In this document: one piece after another, positions 28,376-38,647 of the stretch
Layout of the letters: every line of letters starts with the position of its first letter
How positions within the stretch are numbered: position 1 is the stretch's first letter
From: an uncultured Pseudomonadales bacterium
GTDB lineage: Bacteria > Patescibacteriota > Microgenomatia > UBA1400 > PJMF01
Length of the DNA: 64,000 bases
Assembly (NCBI GenBank): GCA_964620965.1
Contig: CAZUHV010000002.1
Span: forward strand, 48,863-112,862
Direction of reading: 5' to 3'
Notes under the pieces: model-generated
The model's database searches: none
What the model was told of the DNA's origin: nothing
The model's input: the letters and a program-made list of their open reading frames with translations, nothing else
Program-made: the position numbers and the translations under genes

Positions 28376-29267
28376 ACATATTACTGTCATGCTCGAAGAT
28401 GCAGTTGCTGCTTTAGGTATAAAACCAGGTAAATGGTATATAGATGGCACTTTTGGAAGAGGTGGACACACTGCAAAAATCTTAGCAGCAGGTGGCAAAG
28501 TAGTTGCCTTTGATTTTGATCAAGATGCAATTACCTTTGGTAAAGAAAAATTCGCTGCAGAAATTGAAACTGGAAATCTGATTCTAATCAGAGAAAATTT
28601 TTCTCATCTAGCAGAAACCATAGTAACCTTACAAAAAACAAACCAAATTTCAGCAATTGATGGGATTCTTTTTGATTTTGGAACAAGCACTCAACAACTT
28701 ACCTCTCAAGAAAGAGGCTTTAGTTTTGAAGGAGATGGTCCACTAGATATGAGAATGGATCAACGACTTGGAGTTCAAGCTCAAGATTTGCTTGTAGTGA
28801 TTCCAGAAAATCAACTCACCGAACTATTTAAAGTTATGGGAGGTGAAATTGATGCAAAACGAATCTCAAAAGCAATCAAAAGCTCCAAAACACCAATTAC
28901 TACAACAAAACAACTTGCTGATTTGATTCTTAAAGTAAAGGGAAGAAGAAGTAGCAAAATTCATCCTGCAACAAAAGTGTTTCAAGCTTTACGAATTGCA
29001 GTTAATACTGAGCTCGACAATATCTCAGATATGCTTCCTCAAGCTTTAAACATTCTTAAAGATAACGGAAAAATCGTCACGATTGCTTTTCATGAAGGAG
29101 AAGACAGACTGGTAAAACATACCTTTAAATCTTGGGAAACCAGAAACTTAGGATACAACGAAACGAAAAAACCACTCACTCCTTCCGAAACCGAACTTAG
29201 TAACAATCAACGCGCAAGAAGCGCAAAAATGAGGGTCTTTGTTAAAGGAACAAATGAACAACACTAA
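28368..29267 (+). CDS. rsmH: 16S rRNA m4C1402 methyltransferase
   Basis: DGTFGRGGH, RGFSF..LDMRM, HPATKVFQALRIAVN. Confidence 0.95.
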   Translation: MNKHITVMLEDAVAALGIKPGKWYIDGTFGRGGHTAKILAAGGKVVAFDFDQDAITFGKEKFAAEIETGNLILIRENFSHLAETIVTLQKTNQISAIDGILFDFGTSTQQLTSQERGFSFEGDGPLDMRMDQRLGVQAQDLLVVIPENQLTELFKVMGGEIDAKRISKAIKSSKTPITTTKQLADLILKVKGRRSSKIHPATKVFQALRIAVNTELDNISDMLPQALNILKDNGKIVTIAFHEGEDRLVKHTFKSWETRNLGYNETKKPLTPSETELSNNQRARSAKMRVFVKGTNEQH

Positions 29268-29541
29268 AATAAATATTTACTACTCAATCTTACTCCTTGT
29301 TTTAGGTTTAAAAGTTGTAGCAACAATTTTTAGTAATGGACTCAGTGTCCATCATGGAAAAAAAATTGCTCAACTCCAAGTTCAAAAAAGTAATCTATTG
29401 CAACAAGAGATGAAACTGAATAGCGAACTTTCATCAAGATCTTCATTGGCTCAAATCACCGATACATATGATATTTCTGGATATGTTGCAATCTCAAACC
29501 CAGTAATCTTGAATAGCATAACCACAGTTGCTTCGAATTAA
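29254..29541 (+). CDS. FtsL-like cell division protein
   Basis: TM helix plus coiled coil, in the ftsL position between rsmH and PBP. Confidence 0.6.
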   Translation: MNNTKINIYYSILLLVLGLKVVATIFSNGLSVHHGKKIAQLQVQKSNLLQQEMKLNSELSSRSSLAQITDTYDISGYVAISNPVILNSITTVASN

Positions 29542-29592
29542 CTTTTTAAGATTTGCTAGTCTTAAAATCGTAGTTGTTGTATAGTAGCAAAA

Positions 29593-31395
29593 ATGATAAG
29601 TCCCAGAAAAAAAACTGTTCCTCAAACAACTCCAATCCTTTTTAGAGGGAAAATTAGTTTACTTGTTATCTATATTTTTTTAATAGTAATTACAGGAAGG
29701 CTTTTTTACTGGCAGGTACTCAAAAACAGTGACCTTTCTAAAAAAGCTGAAGATCAATATACAAGATCGGTGACCTTAACAGGAAATAGAGGCTCAATCT
29801 ATACTTCAGATGGGTATACTCTTGTTTCAAATGAACAAGTCTATACACTTTTTGCACAACCACACACACTCACACAAAACCCAAAAGATATTACAGAAAA
29901 AATACTTCCAATTCTTCTTTCTGAACTAGAAGAATATACTGATGCTTCTCAAGCAGCTGAAAAAGAAACAATTAAAGCAAATTTTCAAAATCAATTAGAA
30001 GATAAACTAAGCAAGGATTCAAAATGGGTATCCTTAAAAGCAAACTTGTCTGAAAATTCTAAAAAAATGATTGAAGAATTTAATATCTTAGGTCTTGGGT
30101 TTGATACCCATTTAAGAAGATATTATCCAGAAGCATCAATGGCAGCTCATGTTACTGGTTTTGTTGGTAAAGACGAAGATGGTTTAGATATTGGTTATTT
30201 TGGTGTTGAAGGTGCTTTAGAAAATGAACTTAAAGCAAGATCAACTAAAAATACTATTTTAACAGATGCGCTTGGATTACAACTTTCTGGAAAAAATTCT
30301 GTAAAAGAACAACTCATAGATGGAAGAAGCATAACTCTTACAATTAGAAGAGATATTCAAAATATTATAGAATCTGAGCTCAAAAAAGCCGTTGAAGTGT
30401 ATGGAGCAAAATCCGGTGAGATCATTGTTATGGAACCACAAACCGGCAAAATTCTTGGACTAGCAGCATACCCAAACTATCAACAATCAGCGTTTTATAA
30501 ATTTGATTCAGTATTTCATAAAAATCCTACTCTGAGTAACTTATATGAGCCTGGCTCAACATTTAAATCCATTACTGTTGCTGCTGGTATTGAAGAAGGA
30601 GTAATTACCCCAGAAACACAATGTGATAGGTGTGATGGCCCAAGAAGGTTTGGTAAATATACAATTAGAACCTGGAATAACGAGTACACTCCAAATATTA
30701 CGATGGAGGAAGGGCTTGCCAAATCAGATAATACTGCAATGATCTTTATTGCAGAAAAAATTGGAATAGATACATTCCAAGAGTACCTACATAAATTTAA
30801 AGTTGGGGATGAAATCCATATAGATCTGCAAGAAGACCATAACACTCCTTTCCCAGATAATTGGGGAGACGTAAAATTGGCAACAACCTCATTTGGGCAA
30901 GGAGTTGTCACAAATAGTATGCAAGTTTTGCGCGCAGTAAACACAATTGCAAATGGTGGCATTATGATGCGCCCAATGATTGTTGAATCTGTAAAAAATA
31001 CAACTACAGGAGAAGAAATTATTCACCAACCAACACAAGAGGGTAGAGTCATCTCTAGCGAAACTGCCCAAACTGTTACAAAAATGCTAGTTACAGCTGC
31101 ACAACATGGAGAAGCACAATGGATTGCTTCAGCAAAATACCCAGTTGCAGGTAAAACAGGCACTTCACAAGTAGTAACCGAAAATGGGTATGATCCAGAA
31201 AAAACTATCGCAAGTTTTATTGGATATGCCCCTCCAGAAAATCCAAAATTTATCATGATTACTAAGCTAGAAGAGCCAACTTCTTCCCCATGGGCTGCCG
31301 AAACAGCGGCTCCATTGTGGCATAAGATTGCAAATAAATTGTATCTACTATTTAATATAGCCCCAATCAGTGAACAACCTGATAGCCCTGAGTAA
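29593..31395 (+). CDS. ftsI: Class B penicillin-binding protein
   Basis: RGSIY, YEPGSTFK, KSDN, AGKTGT. Confidence 0.9.
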   Translation: MISPRKKTVPQTTPILFRGKISLLVIYIFLIVITGRLFYWQVLKNSDLSKKAEDQYTRSVTLTGNRGSIYTSDGYTLVSNEQVYTLFAQPHTLTQNPKDITEKILPILLSELEEYTDASQAAEKETIKANFQNQLEDKLSKDSKWVSLKANLSENSKKMIEEFNILGLGFDTHLRRYYPEASMAAHVTGFVGKDEDGLDIGYFGVEGALENELKARSTKNTILTDALGLQLSGKNSVKEQLIDGRSITLTIRRDIQNIIESELKKAVEVYGAKSGEIIVMEPQTGKILGLAAYPNYQQSAFYKFDSVFHKNPTLSNLYEPGSTFKSITVAAGIEEGVITPETQCDRCDGPRRFGKYTIRTWNNEYTPNITMEEGLAKSDNTAMIFIAEKIGIDTFQEYLHKFKVGDEIHIDLQEDHNTPFPDNWGDVKLATTSFGQGVVTNSMQVLRAVNTIANGGIMMRPMIVESVKNTTTGEEIIHQPTQEGRVISSETAQTVTKMLVTAAQHGEAQWIASAKYPVAGKTGTSQVVTENGYDPEKTIASFIGYAPPENPKFIMITKLEEPTSSPWAAETAAPLWHKIANKLYLLFNIAPISEQPDSPE

Positions 31396-31446
31396 AAATT
31401 TGAAAATAGACTTTAACTTACCAAACAAGTATATATAATAGGATAT

Positions 31447-32679
31447 ATGTATAAACAAATACTCTACAAATTAAAACGCCCCTATCATTTTATAAAAACA
31501 GGAATTCTTGATGGTTTAAAGTCTGAACTGCAAACTGGTTTTCCTTCAAAACAGCTTAAAATTATCACCATTACTGGCACAGATGGAAAAACTACCTCAA
31601 CAACATTGCTGTATCATGTTTTAAAAACTGCAAAAAAAAAGGTTGGACTTCTTTCAACTGTTGCGGCATATTTGGGAACAAAAGCTGTTGATACTGGTTT
31701 TCATGTGACTTCTCCACAGCCTTCTGATCTACAAAAATTTATGAAAGAAATGGTAGATTCTGGCTATGAGTACTTAGTCCTTGAGGTCACTTCTCATGGA
31801 AGTTACCAATATAGGGATTGGGGTGTGAGACCAATTCTTTCTGGAGTTACCAATATTGCAAATGAACACCTCGACTATCATCTTAACTATGCAGAATATT
31901 TAGACGCAAAGGCAAATATTCTTAAAAAAGCACCAACAGCAGTTGTAAATGCTGATGACTATTCATATCAATTTTTAAGAAAAAAACTTTCTACAACCAA
32001 CCTAGTTACCTACTCAAAAGAAAGTGAACTCCCTAAAAAAGTGCAAAAAAGCATTGAAACTCGATTCCCAGAAAACTATAACCAAATGAATGCAAAGCTT
32101 GTATATGCTCTGAGCAAACTACTTCACATTGAAGATGCTGATTTTATAGAAGCAATTAATACATTTAAGGGAGTTCCAGGAAGGATGCAGGTTGTCCCAA
32201 ATAAAAAGAGACTCAACATTGTTGTTGATTTCGCTCATACTCCACAGGGCTTGAGGTCTGTTTTAAGATCACTGCGTGAACAAATTGATAAAAAGCAAAG
32301 CTCTGGAAAACTCATTGCCGTATTTGGATGTGCTGGACAAAGAGACACTAGAAAAAGGCCAGAAATGGGAGAAATAGCAAGTAAAATAGCAGATATAGCT
32401 GTCTTTACTGCAGAAGACCCAAGAGATGAAAATATCTGGTCTATTATTAGACAAATGAAAGAGGGCCTTACGGAAAACCATGATAAAGTAGTTTCAATAG
32501 CAGAACGAGGTGAAGCAATTGAATATGCTATTACCGAACTTGCAAAACCAGGTGATACTGTTGTAGTTCTTGGAAAAGGTCACGAAAAAAGCATGTGTTA
32601 TTTTGGGGTAGAATACCCATGGAATGACGTTGAAGCTATCGAAAAAATCTTAGATGGAAAACATCCAAGAGTAAAATAG
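31447..32679 (+). CDS. murE: UDP-MurNAc-dipeptide diamino-acid ligase
   Basis: TGTDGKTT, EVTSH, HLDYH, VDFAHTP, FGCAGQRD, GKGHE. Confidence 0.9.
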   Translation: MYKQILYKLKRPYHFIKTGILDGLKSELQTGFPSKQLKIITITGTDGKTTSTTLLYHVLKTAKKKVGLLSTVAAYLGTKAVDTGFHVTSPQPSDLQKFMKEMVDSGYEYLVLEVTSHGSYQYRDWGVRPILSGVTNIANEHLDYHLNYAEYLDAKANILKKAPTAVVNADDYSYQFLRKKLSTTNLVTYSKESELPKKVQKSIETRFPENYNQMNAKLVYALSKLLHIEDADFIEAINTFKGVPGRMQVVPNKKRLNIVVDFAHTPQGLRSVLRSLREQIDKKQSSGKLIAVFGCAGQRDTRKRPEMGEIASKIADIAVFTAEDPRDENIWSIIRQMKEGLTENHDKVVSIAERGEAIEYAITELAKPGDTVVVLGKGHEKSMCYFGVEYPWNDVEAIEKILDGKHPRVK

Positions 32680-32690
32680 AAAGTTACTAC

Positions 32691-33674
32691 ATGAAACAAA
32701 TTAAGGTTGTAACAATGGGCGGAGGAACTGGAACATTTCCAGTTGTGAGCGCACTTAAAAGACTCGATGTTGACATCACAGCAATTGTCTCTGTATCAGA
32801 TTCTGGAGGATCTACCGGCAGAATTAGAGATGAATTTGGGTTTCAGCCAGTTGGAGACTTGCGCCAGTCACTCGCAGCTCTAGCTGATGAAAAAGGACAA
32901 CAATGGATTCAAAAACTACTTTTATATCGTTTTTCTAAGGGAAACGGACTCAAAGGCCATAATTTGGGGAACCTTATCTTAACAGCTCTGCAAGATATGA
33001 CGGGAAACACCACCCAGTCGTTAGAAATTGCGGAGCATATTTTTAACCTAGATGGATCTGTGATCCCTATTACTTCTAGTTTTGTTGATTTAAAAATTCA
33101 CTATGTTGATGGTACAACCAAGATTGGAGAACACATTCTTGACGAAGAATCGCAGACTTCAAAGAAAATTGAAAAAGTGTCCCTAGAACCAAACTGTGTT
33201 ACAAATAGCTCTGCTAGAGAGGCTTTATTGAACGCAGACCTCATTATTATTGGACCAGGAGACTTATATGCAAGTATTCTTTCTACTTTAGTTTTAGATG
33301 ATACCCAAGATATTTTTTCACAAATTAAAGGAAAAATTGTATATATGTCCAATCTAATGACTCGAGAAACTCAAACACATGGTATGACAGCAAGTGAACA
33401 CTTACAAAAAATTGAAGATGCAATTGGAAAACCAGTAAACTCTATTGTTATAAATAATCAAGAAATCCCCTCTGAAGTGCTCAAAAAGTATGCAGAACAT
33501 AACGAGTTCCCTGTTATTGATGACTTACATGAAGACAAACGTGTCATTAGAACAGAATTGCTATTGAATGAACTTATTGAAAAAAAAGAATACGATACTG
33601 CACACAGATCTTTGCTCCGTCATGATTCAAAAAAACTAGAAGAAACTTTTAAGAAAATAATACAAAATATATAA
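32691..33674 (+). CDS. yvcK: YvcK/GlmR (UDP-GlcNAc-binding, CofD-like) family protein
   Basis: GGGTG, DSGGSTGRIR, GDLR, GHNLGNL, RHDS. Confidence 0.9.
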   Translation: MKQIKVVTMGGGTGTFPVVSALKRLDVDITAIVSVSDSGGSTGRIRDEFGFQPVGDLRQSLAALADEKGQQWIQKLLLYRFSKGNGLKGHNLGNLILTALQDMTGNTTQSLEIAEHIFNLDGSVIPITSSFVDLKIHYVDGTTKIGEHILDEESQTSKKIEKVSLEPNCVTNSSAREALLNADLIIIGPGDLYASILSTLVLDDTQDIFSQIKGKIVYMSNLMTRETQTHGMTASEHLQKIEDAIGKPVNSIVINNQEIPSEVLKKYAEHNEFPVIDDLHEDKRVIRTELLLNELIEKKEYDTAHRSLLRHDSKKLEETFKKIIQNI

Positions 33675-33676
33675 CT

Positions 33677-35089
33677 ATGGCAATTCTTGAATATCAACAT
33701 TTTTATTTAGTAGGCATTAAGGGAGTTGCAATGACAAGCATGGCACAACTTCTTGTTGATGCTCAAAAAACGATTTCTGGCTGTGACCTAGAAGAAGACT
33801 TTGTCACCCAACCTATATTGGATAAACTTGAAATTACAATTGACTCTGGATTTGACCATGAAATACCTGAAAACATTGAGTGTGTCATCTATACTGCGGC
33901 ACATACTGGTAAATTCAACCCAATTGTCACTCAAGCAAACCAGAAAAACATCCCGACTTTTTCTCATGCAGAAGCGCAAGCAGACCTATTTAATCAGAAA
34001 AAAGGTATCGCAGTTTGTGGAGTAGGGGGAAAATCTACAGTCAGTGCAATGATTTCCTGGATTTTTGAAAAAACAAATAACAATACTTCGTTTGCAGTTG
34101 GCGTTGGAAATATTCCTGGATTAAATAAAACAGCACAATGGAATACAGATTCTGAATATTTTATCGCTGAAGCAGACGAATATGTAACTGATCCAAGTGC
34201 TCCAAAAAGAGGAGAAGCTATTACCCCAAGATTTTCTTATCTAAAACCACATATTACTGTTTGTACAAATCTTAAATTTGACCACCCTGATGTTTATGAA
34301 GATTTTGAACATACAAAAGAAGTCTTTTTTAGCTTCTTTAATCAGATTAGTTCAAATGGAACTCTAGTGATGAATGTTGCAGATATGGTTCATAACCCTT
34401 CAACTTCTGCTCAAACTGTTCTCACTTTTGGTACAGATAGCGCAGATTTTTCTTATGATTTTAATCCAAAAGAGCAAAAAGCTGGAATAACAATTGCAAC
34501 TATTACCCATGCAGAAAAACAATATACTTTAGAACTTAAAATACCTGGTGAATATAATGTGCAAAATGCACTTGCGGCAATAGCGGCTTGTTCTTGTGCA
34601 AATATACCAGTCGCAGATTCTGTTTCAGCTCTTAAAACTTTTGCTTCAACCCAAAGAAGATTTGAAAGCTGTGGGACTAAAAATGGAGTAATCTACTATG
34701 ATGATTATGCCCATCACCCAAACGAAATTCAGTCTGCAATAGCTGCACTTAACACCTGGTATACAGATAATAAGAAAATTATTGTTTTTCAACCTCATAC
34801 TTATTCAAGAACAAAACAACTGTTACATGAGTTCGTACACGCATTTAAAAATGCAGATGCAGTATACCTATTAGACATTTTTGCTTCGGCAAGAGAATCC
34901 TTTGATCCTTCTATTTCAAGCGACACTTTATTAGAGGGTATTAAAAAAAATTATCCAAATATTACAATTGAAAACTTACATACAGTTGATTCACTTGCAA
35001 GGTTTTTACAAGAACGCGTTTCCGCCGGAACTGTTGTTTTAACTCTTGGGGCTGGAGATATATATAAAGTACACAATAAAATTAAGTAA
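33677..35089 (+). CDS. murC: UDP-N-acetylmuramate--L-alanine ligase
   Basis: GIKGVAM, EADEY, DDYAHHP, FQPHTYSRT, LGAGDI. Confidence 0.95.
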   Translation: MAILEYQHFYLVGIKGVAMTSMAQLLVDAQKTISGCDLEEDFVTQPILDKLEITIDSGFDHEIPENIECVIYTAAHTGKFNPIVTQANQKNIPTFSHAEAQADLFNQKKGIAVCGVGGKSTVSAMISWIFEKTNNNTSFAVGVGNIPGLNKTAQWNTDSEYFIAEADEYVTDPSAPKRGEAITPRFSYLKPHITVCTNLKFDHPDVYEDFEHTKEVFFSFFNQISSNGTLVMNVADMVHNPSTSAQTVLTFGTDSADFSYDFNPKEQKAGITIATITHAEKQYTLELKIPGEYNVQNALAAIAACSCANIPVADSVSALKTFASTQRRFESCGTKNGVIYYDDYAHHPNEIQSAIAALNTWYTDNKKIIVFQPHTYSRTKQLLHEFVHAFKNADAVYLLDIFASARESFDPSISSDTLLEGIKKNYPNITIENLHTVDSLARFLQERVSAGTVVLTLGAGDIYKVHNKIK

Positions 35090-35090
35090 T

Positions 35091-36179
35091 ATGCTACACC
35101 TACTCACTCAATTAAAATCTCAATTTCCTCACTTAGAATTCAAAGAAAATTATAGTTTGGCAAAACACACTACCGTAAAAATTGGTGGCCCAGCAGATTT
35201 ATATTGCGAAACAAAAACAAGCGAAAATTTTGTAGCACTTGTTTCTTATATGCGAAAAAATAATCTTCCACTCACACTACTGGGTTGGGGAGCAAATACC
35301 CTCATTTCTGACGCTGGGATCAGAGGTTTAGTTGTAAAAAACACATCACAAGCAATGAGCATTCTTGATTCACAAGGACACAATGAACACACTTTTGATG
35401 AAGCCGAACAGGAACAAATTGCTGCTCGCTGGCAGTCTGATTCAAAAAAAGGTACTTTTACTTATGAATTTAGCGATCTTGACTATGATGAATCAAAATC
35501 AGAGAGAGTTCTTGTGGAACTAGATTCTGGTGTTTCTTTGCCATACGCAATTAACATTCTGATTCAACAAGGAATCACTGGCTTACAGTGGTATTCAAGA
35601 ATTCCTGCAACTGTTGGAGGAGCAATCTACAACAATATTCATGGTGGAACACATTTTATCTCTGAAGTTATCAAATCCGTAACAGTTATTGATGAATTTG
35701 GTACAAAAAAAGTGCTTGATAAAATGGAACTCCAAGCTGGATATGATGTATCTAGATTCCATAAGACAAACGAAACAATTGTTTCAGCAGTGTTTTCACT
35801 GTACAGGGGGGATGCAGAAAAAGCAGCATATGTCGCACGAGAATGGGCGGTAAGAAAATCAATTCAACCTCAAAAATCTCTGGGATGTGTCTTCCAAAAT
35901 ATTAGCAATGAAGTGAAAGATAAATTAGGCTATCCAACAACAAGTGTTGGATACATTGTTGAGCACGTTCTACATAAAAAAGGTTTCCAAATTGGAGATG
36001 CAAAAATTTCCGAAAAACATGCAGCATTTATAGAAAACGTAGGCCTTGCAACAGCTCAAGATTATTTGAATGTAATTAAAACAGTAATATCAGAAACAAA
36101 AGAAAAAACTGGAGTGACTCTTAAACCAGAAATCTTTTTTCTAGGATTTGAGCCTTCAGAACTTGAGGGAATAATATAG
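35091..36179 (+). CDS. murB: UDP-N-acetylmuramate dehydrogenase
   Basis: KIGGPA, IPATVGGA, SLGCVFQN, SEKHAAF. Confidence 0.92.
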   Translation: MLHLLTQLKSQFPHLEFKENYSLAKHTTVKIGGPADLYCETKTSENFVALVSYMRKNNLPLTLLGWGANTLISDAGIRGLVVKNTSQAMSILDSQGHNEHTFDEAEQEQIAARWQSDSKKGTFTYEFSDLDYDESKSERVLVELDSGVSLPYAINILIQQGITGLQWYSRIPATVGGAIYNNIHGGTHFISEVIKSVTVIDEFGTKKVLDKMELQAGYDVSRFHKTNETIVSAVFSLYRGDAEKAAYVAREWAVRKSIQPQKSLGCVFQNISNEVKDKLGYPTTSVGYIVEHVLHKKGFQIGDAKISEKHAAFIENVGLATAQDYLNVIKTVISETKEKTGVTLKPEIFFLGFEPSELEGII

Positions 36180-36267
36180 TATTGAGTTCAAAACTCGTTC
36201 TTTATCTGATACAATTTGAGTATTACTTACATAAAAGAATATAAATGTACTTAGAAAGTAGGTTTTG

Positions 36268-37584
36268 ATGTCAGAGTTTCACGTCACTGGTGGGGTACCA
36301 CTGCATGGTTCAGTCAGAATTGGTGGTGCAAAAAATGCGTCATATAAACTTATGATCGCGTCCTTATTAGCAGATACTGAATCAAGAATTCTAAACTTTT
36401 CAAGAATTAGCGACGTTGAACTAGTAGCAAAAATCATAGACTATCTTGGGGGCAAAACTACAAGAGCAGGAGAAAGAGCAATTTTTATCGATCCTGCTGG
36501 CCTTAACAGTTTTGAAATTGACAAAGAACACGGAGAACAAGGAAGATTCTCAACTATGTTTATTCCTCCATTACTTGCAAAATTTGGAGAAGCAAGAGTC
36601 CCAGCACCAGGTGGAGATAAAATTGGAAAACGTCCACTTGATAGACACTTTGACGGTTTACGAGCCTTAGGTGCAGAGGTTACATTCGAAAATGGTATGT
36701 ATGTAGCTAAAGCAAAAAAACTTGTTGGAGCAACATACAAATTTGATAAAAATTCACACACTGGCACCGAAACGATGATCATGGCTGCAGTTAAAGCAGA
36801 AGGCACAACAATTCTTGAAAATGCTGCTTTAGAACCAGAAATTGATGATCTTATTGAGTACTTAAATGAGATGGGAGCTAGAATTAGAAGAAGATCATAC
36901 AGAATTATAGAAATAGAAGGTGTAACATCTCTTAAAGGCGCAATTCATAGACTCATTCCAGATAGAAACGAAGCCGTAAGTTATGCATGTGCAGCAATAG
37001 CAACAAAGGGAGACGTTATCATTGAAAATGCACGCCATGAACACCTCACCGCTTTCCTTAAAAAACTCGATGAAATCGGAGCTGGATACGAAGTTGGAAA
37101 CTATGGCATTAGATTCTATTATAAAGGGCCTTTAAGAGCTGCTGATATAACTACAGAAATAGAGCCTGGATTCATGACAGACTGGCAACCTCTCATGGCA
37201 ACTGTTCTTACACAATGCGAAGGCACAAGTGTGCTTCATGAAACAATTATGGCTAATAGATTTCAATATGTTGACGAACTTAACAAAATGGGAGCAAACA
37301 TAGAGAAATTTAACCCAGAGATTTCACATCCAGAAGAAGTGTATAATTTTGATCTTAAAGATGATGAACCAAAAAACATGCATGCAATTAAAATTACTGG
37401 TCCATCAAAGTTAAAAGCAGGAGAATTTGAAGTTAAAGATCTTCGACATGGGGCTACATTGATCCTTGCTGCAATGACTGCAGAGGGAACTTCTATTATT
37501 CGAGGCATTGAACATGTTGATCGTGGCTATGAGTCTCTTGACGAGCGCCTCAAATCAATGGGTGCAAAGATTATCAGAAAGTAA
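36268..37584 (+). CDS. murA: UDP-GlcNAc 1-carboxyvinyltransferase
   Basis: GAKNA, PGGDKIGKRP, PGFMTD, DLRHGA, DRGYE. Confidence 0.95.
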   Translation: MSEFHVTGGVPLHGSVRIGGAKNASYKLMIASLLADTESRILNFSRISDVELVAKIIDYLGGKTTRAGERAIFIDPAGLNSFEIDKEHGEQGRFSTMFIPPLLAKFGEARVPAPGGDKIGKRPLDRHFDGLRALGAEVTFENGMYVAKAKKLVGATYKFDKNSHTGTETMIMAAVKAEGTTILENAALEPEIDDLIEYLNEMGARIRRRSYRIIEIEGVTSLKGAIHRLIPDRNEAVSYACAAIATKGDVIIENARHEHLTAFLKKLDEIGAGYEVGNYGIRFYYKGPLRAADITTEIEPGFMTDWQPLMATVLTQCEGTSVLHETIMANRFQYVDELNKMGANIEKFNPEISHPEEVYNFDLKDDEPKNMHAIKITGPSKLKAGEFEVKDLRHGATLILAAMTAEGTSIIRGIEHVDRGYESLDERLKSMGAKIIRK

Positions 37585-37599
37585 TAAGATTATAGTACT

Positions 37600-38643
37600 A
37601 TGAATTCTTTATCTGTTTTGCTGAGCATATTAATTTTGTCTTTTATCACAACTAGCGTTACTGTTGTACCATTTATTGATTTGTTATATAAACTTAAGTT
37701 TCAAAGAGCAAAACAAGATACACGAGATGCTTTTGGGAAACTAACTCCAATATTTAATAAATTTCATGAACAAAAAGCAGGAGTGCCTGTTGGTGGAGGA
37801 CTATTAGTCATTGGTATAGTTTCAATTTTGTTTGCACTTTTAATGCCACTTGTAAAAAAATTTGGTGTTGATATCACAAGCAACTATAAAGATATTCAAA
37901 GCGAAGTTAATATTTTGTTTTTTACCTTTTTATCTTTTGGAGTTTTAGGACTTTACGATGACATCAAAAAATTCTTTAAGTTTCAGACTTCCGGTTTTTT
38001 TGGTTTAAGAATGAAGCATAAGTTATTGTTTCAAATCATATTAGCAACAATTATTGCCTGGATGCTCTACTATAATCTTGGCATTTCTATCTTACACATT
38101 CCATTTATTGGAACATTTCATCTTGGTATTTTATATGTTCCATTTGCAACTTTCACAATTGTTGCATTTGCAAATGCTGTGAATATCACAGATGGTTTAG
38201 ACGGTTTGGCATCTGGGGCACTCATGATTTCGCTCTTTGGCCTTTGGTTTTTGTCATCTAAAATTTTAGATGTACCACTGGCTATTTTTCTAGCTCTTTT
38301 AATCGGCTCACTCATTTCATTTTTATACTTCAATGTTTTCCCAGCCCGTATATTCATGGGAGATGTTGGCTCACTTGCCTTTGGGGCAACACTCGCCGTC
38401 ATCGGCTTACTACTTGGTAAAACGATTGCACTCATTGTGATTGGGTTTATCTTTGTTTTTGAAATAACTACTTCACTAATACAACTAGTTTCTAAAAAAT
38501 TCTTTAAGAAAAAAATCTTTCCTGCAGCGCCATTTCATCTTTCTTTGCAAAGATATGGATGGGAAGAACCAAAAATTGTTCAAAGGGCGTGGCTAGTTCA
38601 AATTATGCTCACACTCTTTGGAGTCTGGTTAGCTGTCTTGTAA
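37600..38643 (+). CDS. mraY: Phospho-MurNAc-pentapeptide transferase
   Basis: LYDD, NAVNITDGLDGLA, PARIFMGDVGS. Confidence 0.95.
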   Translation: MNSLSVLLSILILSFITTSVTVVPFIDLLYKLKFQRAKQDTRDAFGKLTPIFNKFHEQKAGVPVGGGLLVIGIVSILFALLMPLVKKFGVDITSNYKDIQSEVNILFFTFLSFGVLGLYDDIKKFFKFQTSGFFGLRMKHKLLFQIILATIIAWMLYYNLGISILHIPFIGTFHLGILYVPFATFTIVAFANAVNITDGLDGLASGALMISLFGLWFLSSKILDVPLAIFLALLIGSLISFLYFNVFPARIFMGDVGSLAFGATLAVIGLLLGKTIALIVIGFIFVFEITTSLIQLVSKKFFKKKIFPAAPFHLSLQRYGWEEPKIVQRAWLVQIMLTLFGVWLAVL

Positions 38644-38647
38644 TTGT

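Noticed and set aside
36275-36288. parS-like GTTTCACGT inside murA
   Set aside because: Only a half-site; the palindrome is incomplete
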